A stretch of 35,814 bases of DNA. Source: Oligoflexales bacterium (lineage in GTDB: Bacteria > Bdellovibrionota_B > Oligoflexia > Oligoflexales > Bog-1112). The notes beneath the pieces were generated by a model. It did not search any database. It was given only the letters and a program-made list of their open reading frames with translations, and had not been told where the DNA came from. The position numbers and the translations under genes were made by a program. This document shows, piece after piece, positions 26,873 to 35,605 of this stretch (position 1 is the stretch's first letter; every line of letters starts with the position of its first letter). The stretch lies in the NCBI GenBank assembly GCA_045105515.1, contig JBGCDR010000433.1:1-35814 (forward strand), given 5' to 3'.

Positions 26873-27490
26873 ATGGACTCATTTGCTTTTTCAACACGTA
26901 CATTTAATATAAAAAAAGTTCCAAGGCCTGAGAACCAGTTTTATAATTTTTCTTTGCCAGAAGGTATAGTTGACATTGAAATAGGTTGTGGAGTGGGTCT
27001 ACATCCCGCAAACTATGCAACTGAGAATCCGGAACGTTCTATCATAGCAATAGAACATACCCGTGAAAAATATGAAAAATTTACACGCAGGATTAGATCA
27101 CAGCAGGTATTGCTGAATCTTTATCCGATTCATGCTAATGCGATTTCTTGGATTAGTCATATGGTGCCTAAGGACAGAGTCTCTCGCTATTTTCTCCTCT
27201 ATCCGAATCCTTATCCAAAAGCACGAGATCTAGGAAAACGGTGGTATGCGATGCCCTTTATGCAGCAATTGATTAAAACTTTAAAGCAGGGTGGGACCAT
27301 AAATTTAGCTACAAATTGCCCTTTTTATGCCGAAGAAGCCAAAGTTCATTTTGAAGGCTGCTGGGGGCTCAAGCTGGTCTCTTTAAGCGAACTAGATAGC
27401 AGCTGCCTTAAGCAAGCTAGAACCCATTTTGAATATAAGTATCTAGAAAGAAAAGAGAAATGTATTGACATGGTCTTTGTAAAGGATTGA
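26873..27490 (+). CDS. TrmB-like SAM-dependent methyltransferase (divergent)
   Basis: DIEIGCGVG, IAIE, YPNPYPK (canonical FPDPWPK), LKQGG..LATN, RTHFEYKY. Confidence 0.8.
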   Translation: MDSFAFSTRTFNIKKVPRPENQFYNFSLPEGIVDIEIGCGVGLHPANYATENPERSIIAIEHTREKYEKFTRRIRSQQVLLNLYPIHANAISWISHMVPKDRVSRYFLLYPNPYPKARDLGKRWYAMPFMQQLIKTLKQGGTINLATNCPFYAEEAKVHFEGCWGLKLVSLSELDSSCLKQARTHFEYKYLERKEKCIDMVFVKD

Positions 27491-27596
27491 TTTCTGATAT
27501 TTAAATAGCTTTGGGTCTTGTCAAATAAATTCGAAGACTTATCTTTCAAGAGACGTGCTAGCCTATTGGGTCGAAGAAAAACAGCGAAGGTTCTAA

Positions 27597-29174
27597 ATGA
27601 CTGACAAAAAAATACCAAAGCCAGAAGATATTCAAAAGGAATTTGAGGACTTTGTTCAGAAGCGTTTTGGCAAACAGGTGCAAATTATTGCTCAGGAATT
27701 TCCCAAATTTGCTCAAGGGACTAAAAGCGAGCGCGAAGAAAAGTCAAAAAAAGAGGATGAAAACGAGGACCATATTCGATTTGACTTAAAGCCTAGAGAT
27801 ATTAAGGAACATTTAGATAGGTTTGTAATTGGTCAAGATGAAGCAAAGAAGGCTTTATCTATTGCTGTATGTGACCACTACAATCAAATCATTCAACACC
27901 AAAAAGATGGTGATACTGAGGCTACCCAAAATTTTAGCAAGCAAAATGTCTTGATCTCCGGCCCTACTGGTGTTGGAAAAACCTATATGATCAAACAGAT
28001 CGCAAACCTTGTGGGTGTTCCCTTTGTGAAGGCAGATGCTACTAGGTTTAGTGAAACAGGTTATATGGGAAGCAATGTAGATGATCTAATTAAGGATCTT
28101 GTAAACCAAGCTGATGGTAATATCGATAAGGCTCAATATGGAATTGTTTACCTAGATGAGGCTGACAAATTGGCCACTTCAGGAAGTCATCAAGGTAGGG
28201 ATGTCAGTGGTAGAGGGGTCCAGTTAGGGCTTCTTAAGCTAATGGAAGAGACTGAAGTGGACCTTAGGTCAAGTCACGATCCTGCTGCTCAAATGCAAGC
28301 GTTCATGGAAATGCAGCAAAAAGGTAAGGTTGAGCGTCAAATAATTAATACAAAGCATATACTCTTTATTGTCAGTGGAGCATTTACAGGTTTAGAAGAA
28401 ATTGTTGCAAAACGGGAAAAAAGTGTAGCAATTGGTTTTGGTCAACAAGAAGTCCACGAAAAATACGATAAGTTTGAGCTTTTGCATAGTGCGCAAACAC
28501 AGGATTATATTAAATATGGATTCGAACCTGAATTCATTGGGCGTCTTCCTGTAAGGGTCGCATGTAGTCGTTTAGACGAAGATAAACTTTATGGGATTCT
28601 GAAAAACTCAGAAGGATCAATATTAAATCAATATGTACATGCATTCCGCTCCTATGGGATTGATTTAATATTCGAAGATGATGCTCTACGGGAGCTTGCT
28701 AAGAGAGCGTCCTTAGAACAGACTGGAGCAAGGTCTCTAATGACTATTTGCGAGCAGATTTTTCGTCCATATAAATTTGAACTACCTTCAACAGAGATCG
28801 CTGAACTAAAGGTTGACGCAGATTTAGTTAGAAACCCCAAGAAGAAGCTCCATCATATCCTCCTTCATGAAGACTTCAAGCACCGTAAGGAAGTAAATGA
28901 AATACGGGTATATGAATCTGCTTTTACTAGCAAGCATGGAATGACTATCAAGTTTGATCATGCTGCTTGTAAACTCATATGTCAGAGAATGGTTGAATCA
29001 GGCGATAGAGTCAGCACCATATGTGAGCAAATTCTTATGAGTTTTGAGCACGGACTTAAGTTGATTCATCAAAATACTGGGCAAAATAACTTTAGCTTGG
29101 GACCAGCTGTTGTTGAAAATCCTAAGCAGGAGCTGGAAAGAATGGTTAAGGAATCCTATAATTTAAAGTCTTAG
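27597..29174 (+). CDS. ClpX-like AAA+ ATPase lacking the N-terminal Zn finger, with C-terminal extension
   Basis: VIGQDEAKK, GPTGVGKT, DATRFSETGYMG, VYLDEADK, RDVSGRGVQ, IGF loop, PEFIGRLP, TGARSL. Confidence 0.9.
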   Translation: MTDKKIPKPEDIQKEFEDFVQKRFGKQVQIIAQEFPKFAQGTKSEREEKSKKEDENEDHIRFDLKPRDIKEHLDRFVIGQDEAKKALSIAVCDHYNQIIQHQKDGDTEATQNFSKQNVLISGPTGVGKTYMIKQIANLVGVPFVKADATRFSETGYMGSNVDDLIKDLVNQADGNIDKAQYGIVYLDEADKLATSGSHQGRDVSGRGVQLGLLKLMEETEVDLRSSHDPAAQMQAFMEMQQKGKVERQIINTKHILFIVSGAFTGLEEIVAKREKSVAIGFGQQEVHEKYDKFELLHSAQTQDYIKYGFEPEFIGRLPVRVACSRLDEDKLYGILKNSEGSILNQYVHAFRSYGIDLIFEDDALRELAKRASLEQTGARSLMTICEQIFRPYKFELPSTEIAELKVDADLVRNPKKKLHHILLHEDFKHRKEVNEIRVYESAFTSKHGMTIKFDHAACKLICQRMVESGDRVSTICEQILMSFEHGLKLIHQNTGQNNFSLGPAVVENPKQELERMVKESYNLKS

Positions 29175-29359
29175 TATTCTGAAATAAACTTCTGAGCTCA
29201 TTGAGAATTTTTTTATTTTATTATGATATGAACTAATCTATTCAAAACTCCCTCCATATTAATCATAAGCCATAAAGTGGGATAATCTTTCCTAGTCATA
29301 CCTAGGTATTTTTTTTAATTTGTTAAAATAACTCTTGATGCATTCCCAGGAGCTTTGAA

Positions 29360-30250
29360 ATGTTTGAATGTTTAATTGAGGAGTTTAATTATAGAGCTTT
29401 TATAGACAAAGTAGTTGGTGATCTAAGTGAAAGAAGCCTTCATGAACACAGTGCATCCGTTATGAATAATCAGCCAAACGGTGTACGCTTTTGCGAATTA
29501 GGCCTGCTTAGGAGTTCCTTTGGTTCAGACTTTGTAAAAGCTATTGGTAGTCAGCGGGTAAAAGATTGGTATGCGCTCACTTTTTGTTTACGATTCCATA
29601 TAACTTGGATGAACTTTTTTTTCTCTAAAATCCAGGCCGAAGGTCTTCTAACAGATATTGCCGGCACGAAACAATTTTTTTTGCTAACAAAATTGAAGGA
29701 GCTTGAATACTCAACATATTTAAATCAAAAGCTTGAATCCTTAGCTCCAGTTTATTTGCCAATTCTAGGATTTTCAGCAGTCGGAGTGCATGCAAAACTG
29801 CAACGAGTAGGTTATTGTAGAGCCTTTGATAGTGAGATGCTTACGGAGTGTGGTGAAAAAGCTGATACTGTTTTCTGCAAATTACATGCTAATGAAACTT
29901 GGTGGTTAAAATCTCCGAAAAAGCAACGGACTAGGCAAGCTACTATGTATCAATTTTATTCTGATCCTGAAAATTTTTATCTTTATAACGAAGCAGACCT
30001 GGATAATTTTATTGGGAAGTTTTGGTCTCGAATGAGGGCTTATAAAAATGTAGAGAATGAAGATGTTAAAAAATCCCTAGATGTATTTGGTTTGCAAGAC
30101 CAACAGGAACTTTTCAATCTTGGGGCAATAGGACTTCGCAGAATGTTTTTACAAAAGTCAATGGAGTGCCACCCAGATATGGGTGGTGAACAAGAACAAT
30201 TCATTGCTCTTAGAGGTTCGTACGAAGTGTTGAGATTCTTATTTTCTTAG
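29360..30250 (+). CDS. Protein with C-terminal J domain and unknown N-terminal domain
   Basis: C-terminal LDVFGL...LRRMFLQKSMECHPDMGGEQEQFIALRGSYEVL with an intact HPD. AGGAG RBS. Confidence 0.82.
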   Translation: MFECLIEEFNYRAFIDKVVGDLSERSLHEHSASVMNNQPNGVRFCELGLLRSSFGSDFVKAIGSQRVKDWYALTFCLRFHITWMNFFFSKIQAEGLLTDIAGTKQFFLLTKLKELEYSTYLNQKLESLAPVYLPILGFSAVGVHAKLQRVGYCRAFDSEMLTECGEKADTVFCKLHANETWWLKSPKKQRTRQATMYQFYSDPENFYLYNEADLDNFIGKFWSRMRAYKNVENEDVKKSLDVFGLQDQQELFNLGAIGLRRMFLQKSMECHPDMGGEQEQFIALRGSYEVLRFLFS

Positions 30251-30267
30251 GTTTGTGTGAAAAGGTC

Positions 30268-31848
30268 CTAGGCTTTACGCTTCTGTGGTACAGAAGAACG
30301 TTTTTTCGGAGAAGAGTTGGAGCGTCCAGAAGAGTTTCCTCGACGTCTAGATTGCCCGTATCCAAAAGATTTTTCACCACGTTTATCAAATCGTTTAACA
30401 TTTCGAAGTCTTGGTTTCGTCGTAGACGGTGCATCCCAATGAAATTTACTTGGGTCGGTGATTCCAAACTTATGCACGCTTTTCGCAATAATCTGCATTA
30501 AGAAAGAGCGAATCTGTTCAGGGTCTAGCTCACTAAGAGATCGCTCGATCATGGTTAATTCATCAGTGTTGATGCCCCTGGGAAGTTCGGTGAGATTTAG
30601 TTTAGCAAGCTCTCGGTCTACGATTGTTTGCAGGAAAACCTCTCCCTTCGGTAGGGTAATTAACTTCGGCTCAGCTTTTACCATTTTGGTAAGTCTTTGG
30701 AACCAGTGAAATTCATTGGGGCTTACCAAGGTCCAGGCTTTTCCAGTTGCTCCAGCTCGTCCAGTTCTACCTACCCTATGAGTGTAGCTTTCACGATCTT
30801 TAGGAGGCGTGTAGTTAACGACCAAAGGAAGTTCTTGGATATCGATACCTCTTGCAGCTACATTTGTTGCAATCAAAAATTGCAGCTGTCCCTGTTTAAA
30901 TTGCTTCATAGCCAACTGGCGTTCATACTGATTTAGATCACTGTTGAGCTGAGAGACGCTAAAGCCTTTCTGGCTCAATGTGTAGGCTACGTCAGCACAC
31001 TCCTTCTTGGTTTCACAGAAGATGATAGCTTGGCTAGGATTATAGTAAACCAGGCAGCTTACAAGTGCGCTTAATTTATTGTTTGATTTAACTTTCAGGT
31101 AACCATGTTCAATGCTTTTAGGAGTATCATTTGCCGCTTTGATTTTTACCTGTAAAGGGTCATCTAACAGGTTGTTTGCCAAACGACTAGCTTCTCGGTT
31201 AAGAGTAGCTGAAAAGAAAAGTGTCTGGGTTTTTTCTGGGAGATGATCTTGGATCAGTTTCAATTCTTTGGCAAACCCAATGTCGAGCATTTGATCTACT
31301 TCATCGAGTACGAATGTTTTAAGGTCTTTAAGGGATAGCATCTGCTTTTTTAGTAGATCTGCAATACGTCCTGGGGTACCCACTACAATATCGACAGGTC
31401 GTTTAAGGGCTTGCTCTTGCTTAGTGTACGAAACTCCACCGATTATGGTGACCACTTGCATTTTGCTTGGGCTGAGCATGGTTTTAAAAACCTTGGTAAT
31501 TTGGTCTGCTAATTCTCTCGTTGGAGTAAGAATCAACCCAAAAGGCCTAGCATTTTTTGGTTTCTTTTTAGCTTTATTTAATGCAATTGCTAGAGGCAGT
31601 GAAAAAGCTAATGTTTTACCAGATCCTGTCAAGGATTGCGCTAAAACATCTAATCCGTCACAAATAGGATAAAAAGTGGACTCTTGAATAGGAGTTGGAG
31701 ACATGATCCCGTTTTTTTTCAAGCCCTCTAACCATTCATGAGGTAAGTCTTGAAAGGAGAGCTTTTTATCATTAAATTCTCGTTGTTGAGGGCTAGATAC
31801 CTGCACTGTATAAGTTTTTGGCGCAGTCTGTGAATTCAATTCTTTCAT
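30268..31848 (-). CDS. DEAD-box ATP-dependent RNA helicase
   Basis: Q motif PTPIQ, TGSGKT, PTRELA, TPGR, DEVD, SAT, ARGIDI, HRVGRTGRAG, and a basic C-terminal tail. Confidence 0.95.
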   Translation of the reverse strand: MKELNSQTAPKTYTVQVSSPQQREFNDKKLSFQDLPHEWLEGLKKNGIMSPTPIQESTFYPICDGLDVLAQSLTGSGKTLAFSLPLAIALNKAKKKPKNARPFGLILTPTRELADQITKVFKTMLSPSKMQVVTIIGGVSYTKQEQALKRPVDIVVGTPGRIADLLKKQMLSLKDLKTFVLDEVDQMLDIGFAKELKLIQDHLPEKTQTLFFSATLNREASRLANNLLDDPLQVKIKAANDTPKSIEHGYLKVKSNNKLSALVSCLVYYNPSQAIIFCETKKECADVAYTLSQKGFSVSQLNSDLNQYERQLAMKQFKQGQLQFLIATNVAARGIDIQELPLVVNYTPPKDRESYTHRVGRTGRAGATGKAWTLVSPNEFHWFQRLTKMVKAEPKLITLPKGEVFLQTIVDRELAKLNLTELPRGINTDELTMIERSLSELDPEQIRSFLMQIIAKSVHKFGITDPSKFHWDAPSTTKPRLRNVKRFDKRGEKSFGYGQSRRRGNSSGRSNSSPKKRSSVPQKRKA

Positions 31849-31979
31849 AATTATTTCTTTAACTTAGCGATTACTATATATTTACCTTTTGAGGGGCGAC
31901 AGTTTGATGGGCAATCATACTAGATCTGACCTTCCAAAGCAAGCGGTTTTAAAATAACCTTAATCTGTGAAAGTATTGG

Positions 31980-32009
31980 GCAAGCTAAGATATTAGGTGC
32001 TTAGCTTGC
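31980..32009. repeat. Perfect 10-bp inverted repeat in the helicase/uup divergent region
   Basis: GCAAGCTAAG-N10-CTTAGCTTGC. Confidence 0.6.
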
Positions 32010-32050
32010 TGTTAAAGTTTTTTGTGCATGTAATTAAAGGATTTTAGCTG

Positions 32051-33871
32051 ATGGACATTTTAATTGGATGTCATGAAATATCGAAATCTTTTGGCAATAA
32101 CCCTCTCTTTTCCCGGCTATCTTTTAGTGTTGGTAATGGAGAAAAAGTGGGGATCGTAGGAGCCAATGGAGCTGGAAAAAGTACTTTAGTATCTATATTA
32201 GCTGGTCTTGAAGAAGCAGATTCTGGACGAGTTACTCTGAAAAGTGGAAGCAAGCTTGCTTATGTTGCTCAAGATCCTCAGTTTAATGAAAGTGAAAGTA
32301 TCCTTGGATCAACTATAGAAGCAGCGATAAGGCATGGTGATACCTCTGAAGAAGCGATGATTTCCGCCTCTGTCTTATTGTCTCAACTTGGTTTTATAAA
32401 TTTTCAGCAAAAAATTTGCGAATTATCTGGTGGATGGAAAAAGAGGCTTGCGATAGGGCAGTCAAGCTTGGGTAAGCCTGATCTTATCTTTTTTGATGAA
32501 CCTACTAATCACCTTGACTGGGAAGGAATTGTTTGGCTTGAATCTTTCTTGAAGACTTCGACTTTTACTTGGTTGATGATCAGCCATGATCGGTATTTAC
32601 TTAGTAACGTCGCACAAAAAATTATTGACCTCGACCCCCAGGTGGAAGGGGGGATGATGGTTACAAGTGGCGCATATGAAGAGCATCTTGAACGCAAGCA
32701 AGCATATCTAGAATCCCGTTTGAGCTATCAAGAAAGTTTAGCAAATAAGGTTAGACGAGAAGACGCTTGGCTTAAAAGAGGACCCAAAGCAAGAGGAACA
32801 AAAGCAAAGTATCGAATAGATGCAGCTCATAAGCTTAAGGATGAGCTAAGTCAGGTAAGGCAAAGTTCTCAAAAACTCCGAACAGATATTGAATTTTCTG
32901 CAACTGGCAGAAAAACAAAAAAATTAATAGACATAAAAGAACTAAAATTCTCATACGAAGATAAACCTATAATAAATAAGCTTACAACTACAATTACATC
33001 GGGATCTCGGATCGGAATTCTCGGATTGAATGGGGTTGGTAAGTCCAGCTTTTTTAAGCTTCTAACTTCACAACTAAAGAACCAAAGTGGCCTAATTGAG
33101 TTTGCAGATCAGTTGAAAATAGTTTTTTTCGAACAAACTCGTGAAAGTCTCCCTAAGGAAAAAACCCTACGACAGGCACTTTGGGAACATTCAGATCAAG
33201 TGATCTTTCAAAAAAGATCGATACATATTAATAGCTGGGCTAAGCGTTTTGGTTTTAAACCAGATCGTTTGGATACGGTTGTGGAAAAGCTTTCTGGCGG
33301 CGAGCAAGCGAGGATTCTCATTGCACGTCTAATGCTAAAACAGGCGGATGTGCTTTTACTAGATGAGCCCAGTAATGATTTAGACATAGCTACTATTGAA
33401 ATTCTAGAGGACAGTTTGTTGGAGTTTAATGGTGCTTTGTTGATGATCTCACACGATCGTTATATGTTGAAACGCTTGTGTGACCGATTTTTAGGGTTTG
33501 ATGGGACCGGTAATCTCATAGAGTTTGCGAGTATTGAGCAGTGGCAAGATTATCTCAGAATGATTGCAAATAAAAATGATAAAAAGGACAAAGCTGGCTC
33601 TTTTGCAGAAGAAGAGAGCGCAAAGAAAAGATCTTCTAAGAAGGTAAAAAAGAAGTTCTCTTACAAAGAACAGCGTGAATACGATTTAATGGAAGAGGAA
33701 ATATTGAAAGCAGAACAGCAACTAGAGAATGTGAAAGCTGAATGTGATGACCCAGCTAACTTAAAAGATTCGCAAAAGATGCAAGAGCTGTATGATTCAC
33801 TTAACGATGCGCAAAAGCGAGTAGAATTGCTCTACAGTAGGTGGACAGAACTAGAGTCAATGATTCAATAG
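32051..33871 (+). CDS. uup: ABC-F family ATPase, Uup-like
   Basis: Two ABC cassettes (GANGAGKS/LSGG/DEPTNHLD and GLNGVGKS/LSGGE/DEPSNDLD), linker WLKRGPKARGTKAKYRI, C-terminal coiled coil FSYKEQRE...RWTELE. Confidence 0.92.
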   Translation: MDILIGCHEISKSFGNNPLFSRLSFSVGNGEKVGIVGANGAGKSTLVSILAGLEEADSGRVTLKSGSKLAYVAQDPQFNESESILGSTIEAAIRHGDTSEEAMISASVLLSQLGFINFQQKICELSGGWKKRLAIGQSSLGKPDLIFFDEPTNHLDWEGIVWLESFLKTSTFTWLMISHDRYLLSNVAQKIIDLDPQVEGGMMVTSGAYEEHLERKQAYLESRLSYQESLANKVRREDAWLKRGPKARGTKAKYRIDAAHKLKDELSQVRQSSQKLRTDIEFSATGRKTKKLIDIKELKFSYEDKPIINKLTTTITSGSRIGILGLNGVGKSSFFKLLTSQLKNQSGLIEFADQLKIVFFEQTRESLPKEKTLRQALWEHSDQVIFQKRSIHINSWAKRFGFKPDRLDTVVEKLSGGEQARILIARLMLKQADVLLLDEPSNDLDIATIEILEDSLLEFNGALLMISHDRYMLKRLCDRFLGFDGTGNLIEFASIEQWQDYLRMIANKNDKKDKAGSFAEEESAKKRSSKKVKKKFSYKEQREYDLMEEEILKAEQQLENVKAECDDPANLKDSQKMQELYDSLNDAQKRVELLYSRWTELESMIQ

Positions 33872-34105
33872 AAACTTCTCTTTTTGGCATGCTCTTAGTT
33901 TGCTAAGCCTTTCGTAGCTGATTCTATGCCAGCGTAGTAATAGGCCATTTGGTGGCAAATTTCATGAGCCTGCTAACAACTAAACTGAGTTATTTGTTAA
34001 AATAGTCTTGAATCGGAGCATGTTCATGAGCTAAGCATAAAGATAGTTAGGTAGAAAATTCTCTTAATTTATCCTCATGGAGGAGTTTATTATGGGGAAA
34101 AAGAA

Positions 34106-34894
34106 ATGAGTTACATCAAAAATATCAGCATATTAATAATCAGCCTGTGCTTAGTTTTCGTGCCACTATCATTCATTTCTCAGATCTGTTCCGGTGCATC
34201 TGTAGCGCATAGTCAAAAATTGCAGAAGGCGTCCTCAGACCTCCAAAAGAAAAGAAGGTCTCACAAGAAAGTAGAGGGGTACACCTACTATGATGCTGAA
34301 TACGATGATACCCAAAACGAACTTTTAGCTGTGCAAACTTTAATCGAGAGGTACGCAATCCAAGTCAATGAATTAGGCGAGAAATTCCTGCCGGCGATGA
34401 GTTTGTTCGACGCTGAAACTCTCTACGCAGTTGTGGCAGAAGAGTGGCTTGGCGAAAAGAAATTACTGGAAGAAAAACTAAAAACTGCAAGCATTGATCA
34501 AGAAATCCAGCGGCAAGTTCTCGAAGATTACTATTTCTTTCTTGAGAGACTACTGCAAGATGAAAATATTCAGCAATTTCTCGATCTATATAGTCATTAC
34601 AGTTTGGGCTTTCAGCAACTTAAAGACAAATATTTTGTTAAAGCCAAAAATAATCCTTTTGGCTATAAATTGACTGAAAATGCGGATACAAAAAAGATAA
34701 ATCCACTCTACGATGAATATCGAGACGTAATTGCAATAGCAGAAAAGTTGCATGAAGATCTGGGTAAAATAAAAACTGAGTTCATGACTAAAACAAGAAA
34801 GAAACAAATTCTAGAAATGAACTATGTAGGAATCGCTGGTAAATGGCAAAAACTCTCGGATTTTATCACGGGCAAAGGAAAGTTCGCAAAATAA
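34106..34894 (+). CDS. Hypothetical exported or membrane-anchored helical protein
   Basis: 262 aa, N-terminal hydrophobic segment followed by a charged helical body, no family recognised. Confidence 0.75.
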   Translation: MSYIKNISILIISLCLVFVPLSFISQICSGASVAHSQKLQKASSDLQKKRRSHKKVEGYTYYDAEYDDTQNELLAVQTLIERYAIQVNELGEKFLPAMSLFDAETLYAVVAEEWLGEKKLLEEKLKTASIDQEIQRQVLEDYYFFLERLLQDENIQQFLDLYSHYSLGFQQLKDKYFVKAKNNPFGYKLTENADTKKINPLYDEYRDVIAIAEKLHEDLGKIKTEFMTKTRKKQILEMNYVGIAGKWQKLSDFITGKGKFAK

Positions 34895-34909
34895 TTCAGT
34901 CTGGATAAG

Positions 34910-35506
34910 TTAAAGTCTAAAAGTGTATTTTAGATAATGCTTCGGTTCAACAAGCGAAGCAATATAGACCGTATGAGATCCCCTTGAGGTGTTTCCCTCT
35001 TTTTGAAGATGTAGAAAGGTGTAGGTTTTTGGGTTAGCATGGAAAATCCCACCGAGTAGCTGGTTTATTTGGTTTTTGCAGCTTGAAATAACTTTCTTTT
35101 CTATTTTTTCTTTCTCCGGAATATTATTCATATCAATCTTATTGAGTTTATTCAAGGTGGAGGAGAATGCCTCACAAAAACTTGGAATTTTTGTGTTGCC
35201 TGAAAATAGTTTGTCGATAATTTTTTTGCGAACTTGATCAACTATTATTTCATAGGAAAAATTAGATATCTCATACAAGGGGAGTTGGGTAATTTCGGTA
35301 GCTATTTGTTCAGCAAAAAAGTTACCTTCATTTTCGATCTCCATTGGGTGTACTTCGAGATGTTCAGACCAGCTTTCACTTTTGTTCACTTCAGTCCAAG
35401 CTTCAAGAAGCTGGCTTAGATCGTGAGCTTGTCCATGCGCCATGTTTGCTGTAAATGCTAGTAAAAATCCAAAAAAAGCTAATTTTAATCCTTTACACAA
35501 CAACAT
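34910..35506 (-). CDS. Hypothetical secreted protein
   Basis: AAAGGA RBS, signal peptide ending A-H-G, two Cys in the mature part. Confidence 0.75.
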   Translation of the reverse strand: MLLCKGLKLAFFGFLLAFTANMAHGQAHDLSQLLEAWTEVNKSESWSEHLEVHPMEIENEGNFFAEQIATEITQLPLYEISNFSYEIIVDQVRKKIIDKLFSGNTKIPSFCEAFSSTLNKLNKIDMNNIPEKEKIEKKVISSCKNQINQLLGGIFHANPKTYTFLHLQKEGNTSRGSHTVYIASLVEPKHYLKYTFRL

Positions 35507-35605
35507 TAATTCTTCCTTTCATTAGTAAAAATACATTACAACAACATTATGAGTAATATCAAATTATGATGAGAATTCCCAAGGACTGCTCGATCACCTT
35601 TAAAC

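Noticed and set aside
30210..30936. Several short ORFs overlapping the DEAD-box helicase 3' half
   Set aside because: They are antisense or alternative-frame shadows of a well-supported gene.
33884..33905. TTGGCA...TTGCT as a sigma54 promoter
   Set aside because: The spacing between the -24 and -12 elements is 4 nt too long for sigma54's strict requirement.
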